DNA of 64,000 bases from the NCBI GenBank assembly GCA_020057405.1, contig JAGVFW010000013.1, positions 64,001 through 128,000 on the forward strand, read 5' to 3'. Made by a program: the position numbers and the translations under genes. Source of the stretch: an archaeon (GTDB lineage Archaea; Micrarchaeota; Micrarchaeia; Norongarragalinales; UBA97). Every line of letters begins with the position of its first letter. Within the stretch, counting starts at the first letter, position 1. Shown here one piece after another: positions 54,929 through 64,000 of this stretch. A model generated the notes under the pieces. The model ran no database searches. It had not been told where the DNA came from and worked only from the letters and a program-made list of their open reading frames with translations.

Positions 54929-56446
54929 ATGCCCCGGCGCATACCTGCGACAATGGCAACCCAGCATCCCGACAACGCCGCGGCGCCCGCGTGGCTTGCC
55001 GCAAGCGATGGCTTCATCGACACGCGCCACGAAATCGAGGAGTGCCACCGTTCGTTTGCCGAGTTAGGCTGCACGGAATACATGTGGGACTGGGAAGGCA
55101 AGCACGTCGACGAGGCCGTAATCGAGCGTCTGCTTGAAAAGCACCATGCCTTCTTTTCACGCCACCAGCTTGGCAAAGACCTTTTCCTGACTTACCGGCT
55201 GCCAAACGTCTGGGTCGAGAAGGGCTACCGCATCGCAAGGGCCTTTGCTTCAATCATCAGCGCCAATGACGTGGCCCGCGAGGTAAAACTCCAATGCCCG
55301 CCTGTCTTCGAATGCATTTTGCCCCTGACGACTACTGGCGCTCAGCCTTACCTCGTGCGCCGCCAGTACGCCGCCATCGCAAAAGCCTTTGGCGGCGAGG
55401 AAATCTCAAAAGCGTTTGCACTAGAGAAAGTCGGCCCCGCCGACGTCCGCGTCATTCCGCTCATCGAGCATCCCGATAACCTGATTGGGGCAGACGAGAT
55501 CCTCTCCGACTACGCCAAGGCCTGCGAGCAAGCGCACTTTCCACTCGATTACCTGCGCGTGTTCATTGCCCGAAGCGACCCCGCGCTCAACATGGGCCTA
55601 TCTTCGGCTGTAATCGCCTCAAAGGCGGCGCTTTCCCGCTGCGCCGAGTTTGAAGAAGAGTCGGGCATTCCAGTCCACCCGATGATCGGCGTCGGTTGCC
55701 TGCCTTTCCGCGGCGGTCTCTCGCCGGAAACGGCAACCGCGTTTGCGAAAATGCACGAAGGAACGCACACTTACTCCATCCAGTCGGCCTTCCGCTACGA
55801 TTATCCCCAAGCGCAAGTCAAAAAGGCAATTCGGGTGCTAAACGGCCGTCGGCGCAGCCGCTCGCCTGACAGTTTCGACTACCGAAAGCTAGCCAAGCTC
55901 TCCAACATCTTCAGCAAGCACTACCAGCACGTCATCGCGGGTGCGGCAACCACCATCAACAAGGCCGCGGCGTTCACTCCCGGCCGCCGCGAGCGCAAGC
56001 TGCACATAGGCCTCTTCGGTTATTCGCGCAAAGTCGGTACAAATGCCCTCCCGCGCGCAATAGGCTTTACTTGCGCCGCATATTCGCTTGGCGTTCCCCC
56101 CGAACTTTTCGGAACCGGCCGAGGCATTGCCGAGGCAAGGAAGGCGGGGTTGGGCGAGGAGCTCGAGGCATTCTGGCCGCTTTTGCACTCCAACATCCGC
56201 TCGGCAGGCTACTACCTCAACAAGGAGAACCTCGCGATGCTTTCAGCCGGCAATTCCGCGTGGAAGGGAGTCCAGCAGGACGTGCGGTTCCTTGAGGAGT
56301 TCATCGGCGAGCCGCTCGGCCCCCTTGACGAAGACCACTTCGTCCACCGAAACCTCACGAGCAACATCCTGCTGCTATTGCGCAAGGGCCGCGACTGCAA
56401 GGAAGACGTCGTGAGAGCGGCCAAAGTCAGAAGAAGCGTCGGATAG
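54929..56446 (+). CDS. ppcA: Archaeal-type phosphoenolpyruvate carboxylase
   Basis: IPATMATQHPDNA, MWDWEGK, FIARSDPA, QSAFRYD and PRAIGF. Confidence 0.95.
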   Translation: MPRRIPATMATQHPDNAAAPAWLAASDGFIDTRHEIEECHRSFAELGCTEYMWDWEGKHVDEAVIERLLEKHHAFFSRHQLGKDLFLTYRLPNVWVEKGYRIARAFASIISANDVAREVKLQCPPVFECILPLTTTGAQPYLVRRQYAAIAKAFGGEEISKAFALEKVGPADVRVIPLIEHPDNLIGADEILSDYAKACEQAHFPLDYLRVFIARSDPALNMGLSSAVIASKAALSRCAEFEEESGIPVHPMIGVGCLPFRGGLSPETATAFAKMHEGTHTYSIQSAFRYDYPQAQVKKAIRVLNGRRRSRSPDSFDYRKLAKLSNIFSKHYQHVIAGAATTINKAAAFTPGRRERKLHIGLFGYSRKVGTNALPRAIGFTCAAYSLGVPPELFGTGRGIAEARKAGLGEELEAFWPLLHSNIRSAGYYLNKENLAMLSAGNSAWKGVQQDVRFLEEFIGEPLGPLDEDHFVHRNLTSNILLLLRKGRDCKEDVVRAAKVRRSVG

Positions 56447-56470
56447 CGTGTTCCGCCTGCCGTTTTTGTT

Positions 56471-56552
56471 TGTAGTGCCTAACTTGGCGTGCGCTGATTG
56501 GCCTGTAGTGCCTAACTGTGTTAGCCGGGCTTGCCGTTTGTAGTGCCTAACT
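56471..56552 (-). repeat. Three 14-bp repeats TGTAGTGCCTAACT with 19-21-nt spacers
   Basis: Copies at 56471, 56504 and 56539, between convergent ppcA and minD. Confidence 0.85.
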
Positions 56553-56563
56553 TTATTTGGCCC

Positions 56564-57499
56564 TTAGCGGTCAAATCCCATCATTTCGTCAAACCGCTCG
56601 TCCGCGCCCTTTAGACCGCGCCAGAGTTTTTCGTGGAACTTTAGTTTTTTTGGCGTTTCCTCGAACTCTCCGCACACTTTGGCAGCCAAGTCGATTAGTT
56701 CCTTGCCCGCGGGGCTCTTTGGCTTTGAGATTACGACGGGGATTTCCGCGGCAAGGCTGCGGTGCACTTCGACGTCGGTGGGCACTTTGGAAATCACCTT
56801 TAGCTGTGATAGCTTCTCGACTTCGTCGACCGACATCTGGTGTTCCTTTCCGTCAAACATGTTTAGCACGATGCCCAGGTGCACCTTGTCTTCGCCTTGC
56901 AGGGCCTGCCGGTAGCGCACGATGTCGATTACCGATGGCATGGTTGGTATTGAGACGTAAAGGAGCTTTTCGGCAGCGAACAGGGTGGCAAACGCTTCCC
57001 GTCCCAGGCCCGGGCCGGCGTCAAGCACGACGTAGTCATATGAGAGTGCGAGCTGCTTGGCGATTTTCTTGATTTGGGAAACGTCGACGGCCTGGATGTT
57101 GGTCGCCTTCATTGACGCCGGCAGCACGGTCATGCCGCTTGGCTCGTGCTTGTATAGCGCTTCGGTGAGCTTGGCTTTCCCGCGCAGCACGTCGTTTAGC
57201 GTGTGCGGCGCGTAATGCATGCCGAGGGCCACACCTAGGTGCGACGTGCCGATGTTGCAGTCAATGACGACTACTTTTTTTCCAAACTCGTGCGCGAGGG
57301 CAGCGGCGAGGTTGATTGACACCGTAGTTTTGCCTACCCCGCCCTTGCCGGAGACTACGCCGATGAGTTCGCCCGGAGGCCTGGGCCCGGTTTTCTTCCC
57401 TTCTTTTTTTTCCTCTAGCGTCTTTTTTTCCTCTGGGGGTTTGGCATTTTTTCTCTCTTCCGCCTTCTTATCTTCTTTTCCGCTTTCCTTTGCGCCCAT
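56564..57499 (-). CDS. minD: MinD/ParA family ATPase
   Basis: SGKGGVGKTT, IDCNI, DAGPG and VLN motifs. Confidence 0.85.
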   Translation of the reverse strand: MGAKESGKEDKKAEERKNAKPPEEKKTLEEKKEGKKTGPRPPGELIGVVSGKGGVGKTTVSINLAAALAHEFGKKVVVIDCNIGTSHLGVALGMHYAPHTLNDVLRGKAKLTEALYKHEPSGMTVLPASMKATNIQAVDVSQIKKIAKQLALSYDYVVLDAGPGLGREAFATLFAAEKLLYVSIPTMPSVIDIVRYRQALQGEDKVHLGIVLNMFDGKEHQMSVDEVEKLSQLKVISKVPTDVEVHRSLAAEIPVVISKPKSPAGKELIDLAAKVCGEFEETPKKLKFHEKLWRGLKGADERFDEMMGFDR

Positions 57500-57512
57500 T
57501 TAGTTCACGGCA

Positions 57513-60500
57513 TTACTTTTGTTGGTTTAGTAGGTCCCGCACTTTCTTTAGCCGCGCGTCATTGCGCCTGCGCAGCTCGTCGTATGCCGCGCGTGATATT
57601 GAGCCTTGGCGCAGCTCTTCCTCGAGGAGGCTTATTGCGCGGGAAATGCGTTCCTCTTCCTCTTGGAGGTCTTCCTTCGACTTGACTGAGACGACCTCAA
57701 CCACTTTTTCCGTCGTCTTGGCGGCTTGTGGCAGCGCCCTCTCTATTTGCTGGCGCCGCCTGTAGATGTAAATGCCCGCGGCGGTGGCCAGTATTGTAAA
57801 GCCGATTATCGCAAGCACGGTAAGCGGGGCGATGCCTTGCTCTGCGCTTGGCGCCTGGAAGCCTGCCGCAATCAAAAGTCCGGCTGCCTTTGAGACAAGC
57901 ACTTCCGCAATGCGCACGTTGCCAAGCGCGTCATCGACGAGGCCGTCCTGCAGGCCGGACTTTGCAAGTTCGGTGTAGTTCTTGGCTTCCTCAAGCGTCT
58001 TCCACACTGCGTCAACGTTCTTGCCCAAAAGCTGCGCGCTGCGCGCGTCTTTAGTAATCTGCGCTATCTTTTCGTCAAGCCGCCGGACCTCGTACTCTAT
58101 GAGTGCGGCCCGCGATTCGAAGATCGCTATCTGCGAGGTTTTGTCGGCTTTCTTCTCGTCTGCGAGGGCGATGAAGCGGATTGGCCGCACGCCTGCCGGT
58201 GCGGAGAAGGGCACGCTGATGTGTACTAGGAAGTCCTCCTGGTCGCCGCTAGCGAGCACGTTGAGTTTAGCGGGCTGGACTTCGACCCAGCTTGATGGAA
58301 TGCCGGAAACGACGAGCTGCAGGTTGTGGAGTGCCATGAGCCCGGTGTTGCGTACCGTGACTTTCGGGAACTTCGTGTCTCCCTTCTCGACCAAAATCTC
58401 GTTGGGATAGTCTATTATCTCGATTGCCGAGTAGGGTGGCGGCGTGGCAACCGGCAGGAGGATTCCTGGCGTTGGAGTCACTACTTCTCCACCTCCCCCT
58501 CCGCCCCCGCCTACGCTGCCGCTAGAGGTGGCGGCCCTGACTTGGAAGCTCTTCTCGCCTTCAAGGGGCGGCTTTTGCAGGTCGTAAGTGACGCGCACGT
58601 GCACCGTGTACGGGCCAAGGGGCTGGTTGCTGAAGATAAACGCGCTTCTTGGAAAAGTTTTTAGCCCTTGTGACGGCACGAACAAGAGTTCGCTTGCCGA
58701 GAACCATGTGCGGGTGCCGTCTGAAACCCAATAGTCGACGGTCACGTCCTGTGACACGTCTCCCATGTTCTGCAGCGTGAGCGTAAAGTCGAGGTACTGG
58801 CCGGGCGAGACTTCGGGGTTCGGAATTGCGATGATTACGTCGAACGGGCCGCCCGATGAAACGCGGAAGTCCTTGTTCGTTATAGTGCTGCGGTTGTTGG
58901 CAGTCGCGTTTAGCATCGCAGTATACCCGCCGATTGCGGTGTTTGAGGGCATGGTGTAGCTAAAGAGGTAGAGGCCGGTGTCCCGATGGGTGAAGTTGGG
59001 TAAAAACACGGTGAGATAGATGTTGCGGTCATTATCCAAGATTGTCAGGTTCATTGCAGTCGCGTCAATGGGCCCCCCTTGCGAGTCCGTCAACGCAATC
59101 GCGAAGGTCATCGTGTTGTCCGGATACCACACTACGTCTGTCTCAAGTTCGGCGTGCAGGCTCGCGCTGATTGTGAACAGGTCGAACGCTTTTGTAAACG
59201 CGCTGCCATAAGTCGCGTTCACTTGCGCGAAGTAATTGCCCGTAGGTGTGTTTTGGGAAAGCGTGTAGGAATAGCTGTAGACGCCGGTGGACACGATGGT
59301 CAGGGCGCTCGTTTGTACGCTAAAGAGCGTCTGCCCGCCTGTGCTGTACGCCGTTAGGTTAAGTGAGTCAGCCGGCACGAACGTGCCGTTTGCGGCCTTC
59401 ACCGTAATTAAGAAAGTCGCGTTGTCCCCCGGGCTCCATACTTCGATGGTGTTGACGTCGGCAACCACGCCGCTTGACCCACTCGAGCCGTTTACGACTT
59501 GGAAGCTATAGTTCTTTGATTCGACAAATGTGGTGTTGGAGACTGTGTCGTAGTAGCTTACGTTTGCAGACAAGGTGAACGTTCCGGGCGCCTGATCGTT
59601 TGATATCGTAAATTGTGGCAGCGGCTCGATTGGCGAGTTTGCGCTTACGTAGTTTTGTATGAATATGACGACCGAGTTGTTGTTCCGCACAGAAATGGTC
59701 ACATTCGACGGAGCGAGTGGTTCGCGTCCAGTGCCCCTTGCGGCAAAGTAAATGGATGCCACCTCGCCGACGCTGTAGGTATCCTTTAGCGTGAAGAGGT
59801 CCGAGCTAAGGTTTGCAAAAATCGTGAAGTTGGCGGCCGCCGAGCCGTTTGACCCCACGTTGTCAAGGCTGAGTGCAAGGGCGGTGTAAGTGCCGCTAAG
59901 CTGGGTTCCGGAGTAGTTGCCGTACCACCTGCTGACATTCGTCGGCCCACCCGTCACGATGTCGACAAACGACAGGTTAATCACGACGACCGTGCCGTTC
60001 GGCATTGTGATGTTCGCCACGGCATTCGCGATTCCTACGAGGTTGTCGTCACTCACGTTCAATCCGATAGTGACGTTGTTGCCCGCCTGCGTGAAGTTCG
60101 GGACTACCGTGACGTTGCTTGTGATGCTGCTAAAGGTAGTAAGGGCCACGACGACGGTCCTAGTGTTCGGCGTGCCTGCTGGCGTGGTGTTGATTACATA
60201 GGTCGAGTTGCGGTTGATTTTAGGCACGCCGCTCACGTTGTAGGTAAAGGCCAGGTCAAACGAAGTCTGCTTGTCGAGGCTGAATGTGGCGTTAGTGGCG
60301 TTGGTGAAGTTGACGCCAGCTGGAGTTACTGTGAAGTTGATTTGCGTGTTGCCCGTGTTGTTGATTTGCACGACGCAGGCAACGCCGATGTCTGGTGATT
60401 CGAACTTTACGCATTCGGTTTGGTTCAGTATCCACGTGAGGTTGGCCGGCACCGTAATCGAGAGCGAGAGGTTGCGGTTGCCGCCTTGCGAGCTGTTGAT

Positions 60501-63500
60501 GTAGATTGAGCCGTTATACGTGCCGGCATCAAAGGCGTAAGGCACGGTGGCATTCACCGCCACAAGCGCGGTCGAAGCGCCGGCCAGGTTGGTGACGTTG
60601 CCGAAAAGCTCGACTAAAAACGGAATGCCGCTGATTTCGTAGGTGATGTTGGTCAAGTTGCCGCTGCCGTCCGAGCGGAGGGTGAAGTTGGTGACTGTTG
60701 TGGTGTACCCGCTTGGCGCATTGCCCGTCAGGTTGGCTTCGGTCGTGTTTAAGCGGAAGTTGGCAGTGACGTTGGCGATTATTTCGGTAGTGTTGGTGCG
60801 ATTGCCAATCTGTTGGTCAAGCCAAGTGGCGGTTGCGTTGACCGTGTAGTTCCCCTCGGTCGTGCTGTTTGCGATGGTTACGTTAAGCGTCCTCACGCAC
60901 GAAGTGCCGATGGCGATGTTCCCGCAAGTGTACGCGGTTGCGTTGACCGTCCACAGCGGGGGCAATTGGAACGTGAGATTGGCGGCATAGGCGGTTACGT
61001 TCCCGTCGTTAGTCGCGTTTATCAAAAGCGTGAAGGTAGGGTTGTCGTACGTAGTGACGTTGTCGACCCGCACGTAAGTTGGCGTCACCTCGACGCTTAC
61101 GTTCGTCCCGCTCACTATAACCTGTACTGGGAGCGACGCGTTGACTCCGCTTGCCGTGCTTACGTTAAGGACGCCGTCGTAAGTTCCAGTCGGGAAGCCT
61201 GCGGGCACGGTGACGTTGACCGACACGGTGACGATTACGGTTGGTCCGATTGACGAGAAGTTGGCGGGCGTGAAGTTGAATGTGAACTGCGTGAAGTTGG
61301 TGGTGCTAAAGGTCACGTTAAGGAGAAAATCGTTGCCGGTAGCATTCACCGTGAAGTTTCCGATAAACCTCGTAGAGCCGGGCGGGATGAACCCGCTTAA
61401 GCCGGCGGTGGAAACGGCAATCTGCGGGTTTGAAGTAACGTTGACGGTCATGTTGGTGGCGTTGTAGCCCACCGAGCCGTTGGCTTCGCCCCAGGACGCG
61501 TTGAATGTGAGGAAGTAAAGCCCGGGACTGGTGTTTGCCGGCACGGTGACGTTGAATGCAGAGAGGCAGTGTCCCGTGATGTTGATATTCCCGCACGAGA
61601 CGATCGTGGCGTTTGCGCTCCAGCCCGCAGGCAAGAGCAGGCTGACGTTAGCCGCCCGCGCGGAGGCAAACCCGTCGTTGCTGAGGTTGACTGCGGCCAC
61701 GAAACTAGCGCTGTAAACTTGGCTGATGTTGTAGACCGTGTCGTTGGCGGGGGTGGCGTTAATGGCGAGGGTGGTCGTGGGTGCCTCGCTACTAAACAAA
61801 TCGCTTGCCGTGCCGTTGTTGTCAAAGCGGGCGGCGCTGCACGTGAGGTTAAATATGCTTGGCGAGTTCCCGGCCCCGAAAGTCACGAGGTAAGTGCCGT
61901 TTAGGTAGTCTGTGACGTTGCTTGGCGCAACCATAGTCCCGTTGAAGATGCACGATACGTTTGAGGACGGGATGTAGTCGTCCAGCCTGTAGTTTCGTAC
62001 GACGACCGTCGCGTTTACTTGCCTGCCGGTAAGGCCGAGCGGGTTTAGCACGACGACTGCCAGGTTGTAGAGGGCAGTCACGTTGAAGAGAGTTGAGTTG
62101 GCGCTGACTAGTATGCTCGTGCCGTTAAACACCCGCACCGTCAGGTTCCAGATTCCTACGGCGGACGCGTTGGCGAGGGTGAAGTTATTCGTGAACACGC
62201 GGTCGCTTGCGGTAATGTCGCCGTGGCTGCCGTCGTCGTAGAGCGTGAAGTTGAAGTCATCGCTTGCGTCAAGGGGCGTGCCGTTGTCGACAGTCGCGTT
62301 TGCGCTTGTGGCAAGCGCATAGGTGTCGTTGGTTACGTTTGCCAGCACAACCACGATTTCCCCGCGGTTGAATATCGAGTAGTTTACTCGCGCCAGTACG
62401 GTCGCGTTCCAAGCGTCGGTTCCCGAGACTACGATGTCCTTTTGTTGACCTAGTGCCAAGCTTAGGTCCTGCAGGTTATTCACATTCGAGCCCGTGTCGT
62501 TGAACACCTCAACTGCCTCATCGTAGATGCTGCCCCCTGCCGGGATTGTCGAAGTATTCAAGTTGATGCCGGCTATGCCAAGGCCGTTGTCGAAAGCTGC
62601 GCTGAAGTTGGCGATGAAGGACTGGTTGACCTGCAGGATGCTGGCTTCCCGGTTTCCGAACTCGTCAGTCCCCCATACCCATGGCGCGGGAGCGCTGTAG
62701 TTGACGTCATATTGATAGGTGGATCCAAATGCCTGCAGTATGCCCAGGGCAAGGGCAGTCGCGTTGGTAGAGCTGCGCACAATCGCCGCTCCTGCCGTGT
62801 TTGAGTAGTTCTGCGTCACGCGCACCCATGTGAGGTTCTCGTAAAAGTAATAGCGCTTGACGAGGAAACCCTGGCCGGTCTTTCTGTCGGGGTCGTTGTA
62901 GTAGGTTTCGTTCACCCGCTGCTCGACCACCATCCTGACTGGCCCACTGTAGACTAAGGTGGCGTTGTTCCTAAAGTCAAACGAGAAATTGTGCGTGCCG
63001 TTAGAGTACTTCTGGAATTCGATTGTTCGGGCCGTCGGGTCGGGTTCGTCAATCGCGAAGAACTGCCCGCCCGTAGCGCCCTGCACGCGGTAGAGGCCGG
63101 ACGAGTTCTCGCCCCGAGACGTGTCAACGTAAAAGCGCATGAGCGTGTTGTTTACGTTAAACTCGTCCGAGTAGTTGACGTAAGCCAGGTTCGACGAGTA
63201 GCTCACGGTGGGCTTAATCCCCGTGCGGTTTGAGTCAAAGTAGACGAAGAACCTGCGCAGCGTGTTGGCCTGCGTGCTTCCGTTCATTTGGAACGAAAGA
63301 GTGCCAACTGCGTTGCCTGCGTCGGCATAACCCGAAGCCCGGTCAAACTGGAACGGCACTTGCCACAACCGCCTGCCGGCAGCGTTGTATTCGAGCACGC
63401 GCACGGACAGGTTGTCGAAAGTGTCGTTGTCGCTCTTCTGGGCAAGCAGTTGCGTGAAGTTTAAGTCAAGTTCGACTGGCCAGTAGTCGCGCATTACTGG

Positions 63501-63626
63501 CGCCGCAGTGACTGAAACAGAAAGCCGGTAGTGCCACGAGGCGTTGTACCAATCGTCAACTGCGCTTGCGCTTGAAGCGAGCGCGAAAAGCGCGATTATT
63601 GCCACTAGCAGCACGCGATTCCTCAT
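57513..63626 (-). CDS. 2037-aa surface/S-layer-like glycoprotein with many Ig-like domains and a C-terminal TM anchor
   Basis: Signal peptide, WYNASWHYR start, LYDDGSHGD motif, dense N-x-S/T sequons, Gly linker, TM helix and cytoplasmic coiled tail. Confidence 0.85.
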   Translation of the reverse strand: MRNRVLLVAIIALFALASSASAVDDWYNASWHYRLSVSVTAAPVMRDYWPVELDLNFTQLLAQKSDNDTFDNLSVRVLEYNAAGRRLWQVPFQFDRASGYADAGNAVGTLSFQMNGSTQANTLRRFFVYFDSNRTGIKPTVSYSSNLAYVNYSDEFNVNNTLMRFYVDTSRGENSSGLYRVQGATGGQFFAIDEPDPTARTIEFQKYSNGTHNFSFDFRNNATLVYSGPVRMVVEQRVNETYYNDPDRKTGQGFLVKRYYFYENLTWVRVTQNYSNTAGAAIVRSSTNATALALGILQAFGSTYQYDVNYSAPAPWVWGTDEFGNREASILQVNQSFIANFSAAFDNGLGIAGINLNTSTIPAGGSIYDEAVEVFNDTGSNVNNLQDLSLALGQQKDIVVSGTDAWNATVLARVNYSIFNRGEIVVVLANVTNDTYALATSANATVDNGTPLDASDDFNFTLYDDGSHGDITASDRVFTNNFTLANASAVGIWNLTVRVFNGTSILVSANSTLFNVTALYNLAVVVLNPLGLTGRQVNATVVVRNYRLDDYIPSSNVSCIFNGTMVAPSNVTDYLNGTYLVTFGAGNSPSIFNLTCSAARFDNNGTASDLFSSEAPTTTLAINATPANDTVYNISQVYSASFVAAVNLSNDGFASARAANVSLLLPAGWSANATIVSCGNINITGHCLSAFNVTVPANTSPGLYFLTFNASWGEANGSVGYNATNMTVNVTSNPQIAVSTAGLSGFIPPGSTRFIGNFTVNATGNDFLLNVTFSTTNFTQFTFNFTPANFSSIGPTVIVTVSVNVTVPAGFPTGTYDGVLNVSTASGVNASLPVQVIVSGTNVSVEVTPTYVRVDNVTTYDNPTFTLLINATNDGNVTAYAANLTFQLPPLWTVNATAYTCGNIAIGTSCVRTLNVTIANSTTEGNYTVNATATWLDQQIGNRTNTTEIIANVTANFRLNTTEANLTGNAPSGYTTTVTNFTLRSDGSGNLTNITYEISGIPFLVELFGNVTNLAGASTALVAVNATVPYAFDAGTYNGSIYINSSQGGNRNLSLSITVPANLTWILNQTECVKFESPDIGVACVVQINNTGNTQINFTVTPAGVNFTNATNATFSLDKQTSFDLAFTYNVSGVPKINRNSTYVINTTPAGTPNTRTVVVALTTFSSITSNVTVVPNFTQAGNNVTIGLNVSDDNLVGIANAVANITMPNGTVVVINLSFVDIVTGGPTNVSRWYGNYSGTQLSGTYTALALSLDNVGSNGSAAANFTIFANLSSDLFTLKDTYSVGEVASIYFAARGTGREPLAPSNVTISVRNNNSVVIFIQNYVSANSPIEPLPQFTISNDQAPGTFTLSANVSYYDTVSNTTFVESKNYSFQVVNGSSGSSGVVADVNTIEVWSPGDNATFLITVKAANGTFVPADSLNLTAYSTGGQTLFSVQTSALTIVSTGVYSYSYTLSQNTPTGNYFAQVNATYGSAFTKAFDLFTISASLHAELETDVVWYPDNTMTFAIALTDSQGGPIDATAMNLTILDNDRNIYLTVFLPNFTHRDTGLYLFSYTMPSNTAIGGYTAMLNATANNRSTITNKDFRVSSGGPFDVIIAIPNPEVSPGQYLDFTLTLQNMGDVSQDVTVDYWVSDGTRTWFSASELLFVPSQGLKTFPRSAFIFSNQPLGPYTVHVRVTYDLQKPPLEGEKSFQVRAATSSGSVGGGGGGGGEVVTPTPGILLPVATPPPYSAIEIIDYPNEILVEKGDTKFPKVTVRNTGLMALHNLQLVVSGIPSSWVEVQPAKLNVLASGDQEDFLVHISVPFSAPAGVRPIRFIALADEKKADKTSQIAIFESRAALIEYEVRRLDEKIAQITKDARSAQLLGKNVDAVWKTLEEAKNYTELAKSGLQDGLVDDALGNVRIAEVLVSKAAGLLIAAGFQAPSAEQGIAPLTVLAIIGFTILATAAGIYIYRRRQQIERALPQAAKTTEKVVEVVSVKSKEDLQEEEERISRAISLLEEELRQGSISRAAYDELRRRNDARLKKVRDLLNQQK

Positions 63627-63973
63627 TTCTTTTCTCCGTTCGAATGGTACCTAAACGACCCGCGGTTCCCCTGATGGCCGAGTATGCCCGTCTTTAGAAA
63701 CGACTTGTAAAGCGCAGGATAAAGCGAAGTGCCCCTATAGTTTACGCTGCGGCTGTGAAGTTCCGACTTTATTTCCGCAAGCGAGCGGGGTTTTTCAAAG
63801 AAGCCGGACGACAGCAGGGACTCAAGCGCAGCCTTAAGCGAGCCGCGTGGTGCTGGGGGGGCCGAATCAAAGTCAAGCTGTTTAATTGCAACCGAGACTG
63901 CCTCGGGCGAGCCCTCAAGCTCAACAGAGCCGCTTGACAGGTGTACCTTTGCGCGGACAATTAAGTCACTCAA
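63623..63973 (-). CDS. Small wHTH-like protein
   Basis: VELEGS N-terminus; GFFEKPRSLAEIK...LYPAL. Confidence 0.6.
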   Translation of the reverse strand: MSDLIVRAKVHLSSGSVELEGSPEAVSVAIKQLDFDSAPPAPRGSLKAALESLLSSGFFEKPRSLAEIKSELHSRSVNYRGTSLYPALYKSFLKTGILGHQGNRGSFRYHSNGEKK

Positions 63974-64000
63974 GCAGTTCGCAACCCCGATTAGTAATAT

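Noticed and set aside
56471-56552. CRISPR array
   Set aside because: The repeats are only 14 bp with three copies, no cas genes are in the window, and the same motif is dispersed elsewhere.

Overview
Archaeal chromosomal segment, most likely a DPANN lineage such as Micrarchaeota. This assignment is inferred from GGGP synthase, RPA, TFE, Trm56, archaeal PEP carboxylase, ApgM and BHB-intron tRNAs. Housekeeping blocks are rtcA, GGGPS, rpa, dephospho-CoA kinase, dys plus a decarboxylase, the SUF operon, trm56-tfe with three tRNAs, eno-apgM, ppcA, minD and a 2037-aa surface protein. These surround an accessory region at about 7-35.5 kb. It holds (i) an AT-rich island between two KaiC-like ATPases encoding V4R and FIST sensors plus a Rossmann enzyme, a LuxE/PaaK-like ligase and a LuxC-like reductase, followed by four tandem wHTH regulators, a candidate small-molecule synthesis-and-sensing circuit; (ii) a viperin-like radical SAM, NUDIX, NMP kinase and HD cluster behind a repeated palindromic operator; (iii) a VirB2/VirB6/PrgI/VirB4 plus HerA/VirD4 DNA-transfer-like locus with no relaxase in view; and (iv) a ~60-bp intergenic repeat between orphan genes. 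Non-coding signals include a 13-mer (AGTTAGGCACTAC) found 8 times whose orientation flips across an ORB-like 18-bp inverted repeat at 46.8-49.6 kb, a Pro-stop uORF plus hairpin upstream of deoxyhypusine synthase, and a tRNA-Lys with a non-canonical 39/40 intron. All calls come from reading motifs by eye; no searches were run.
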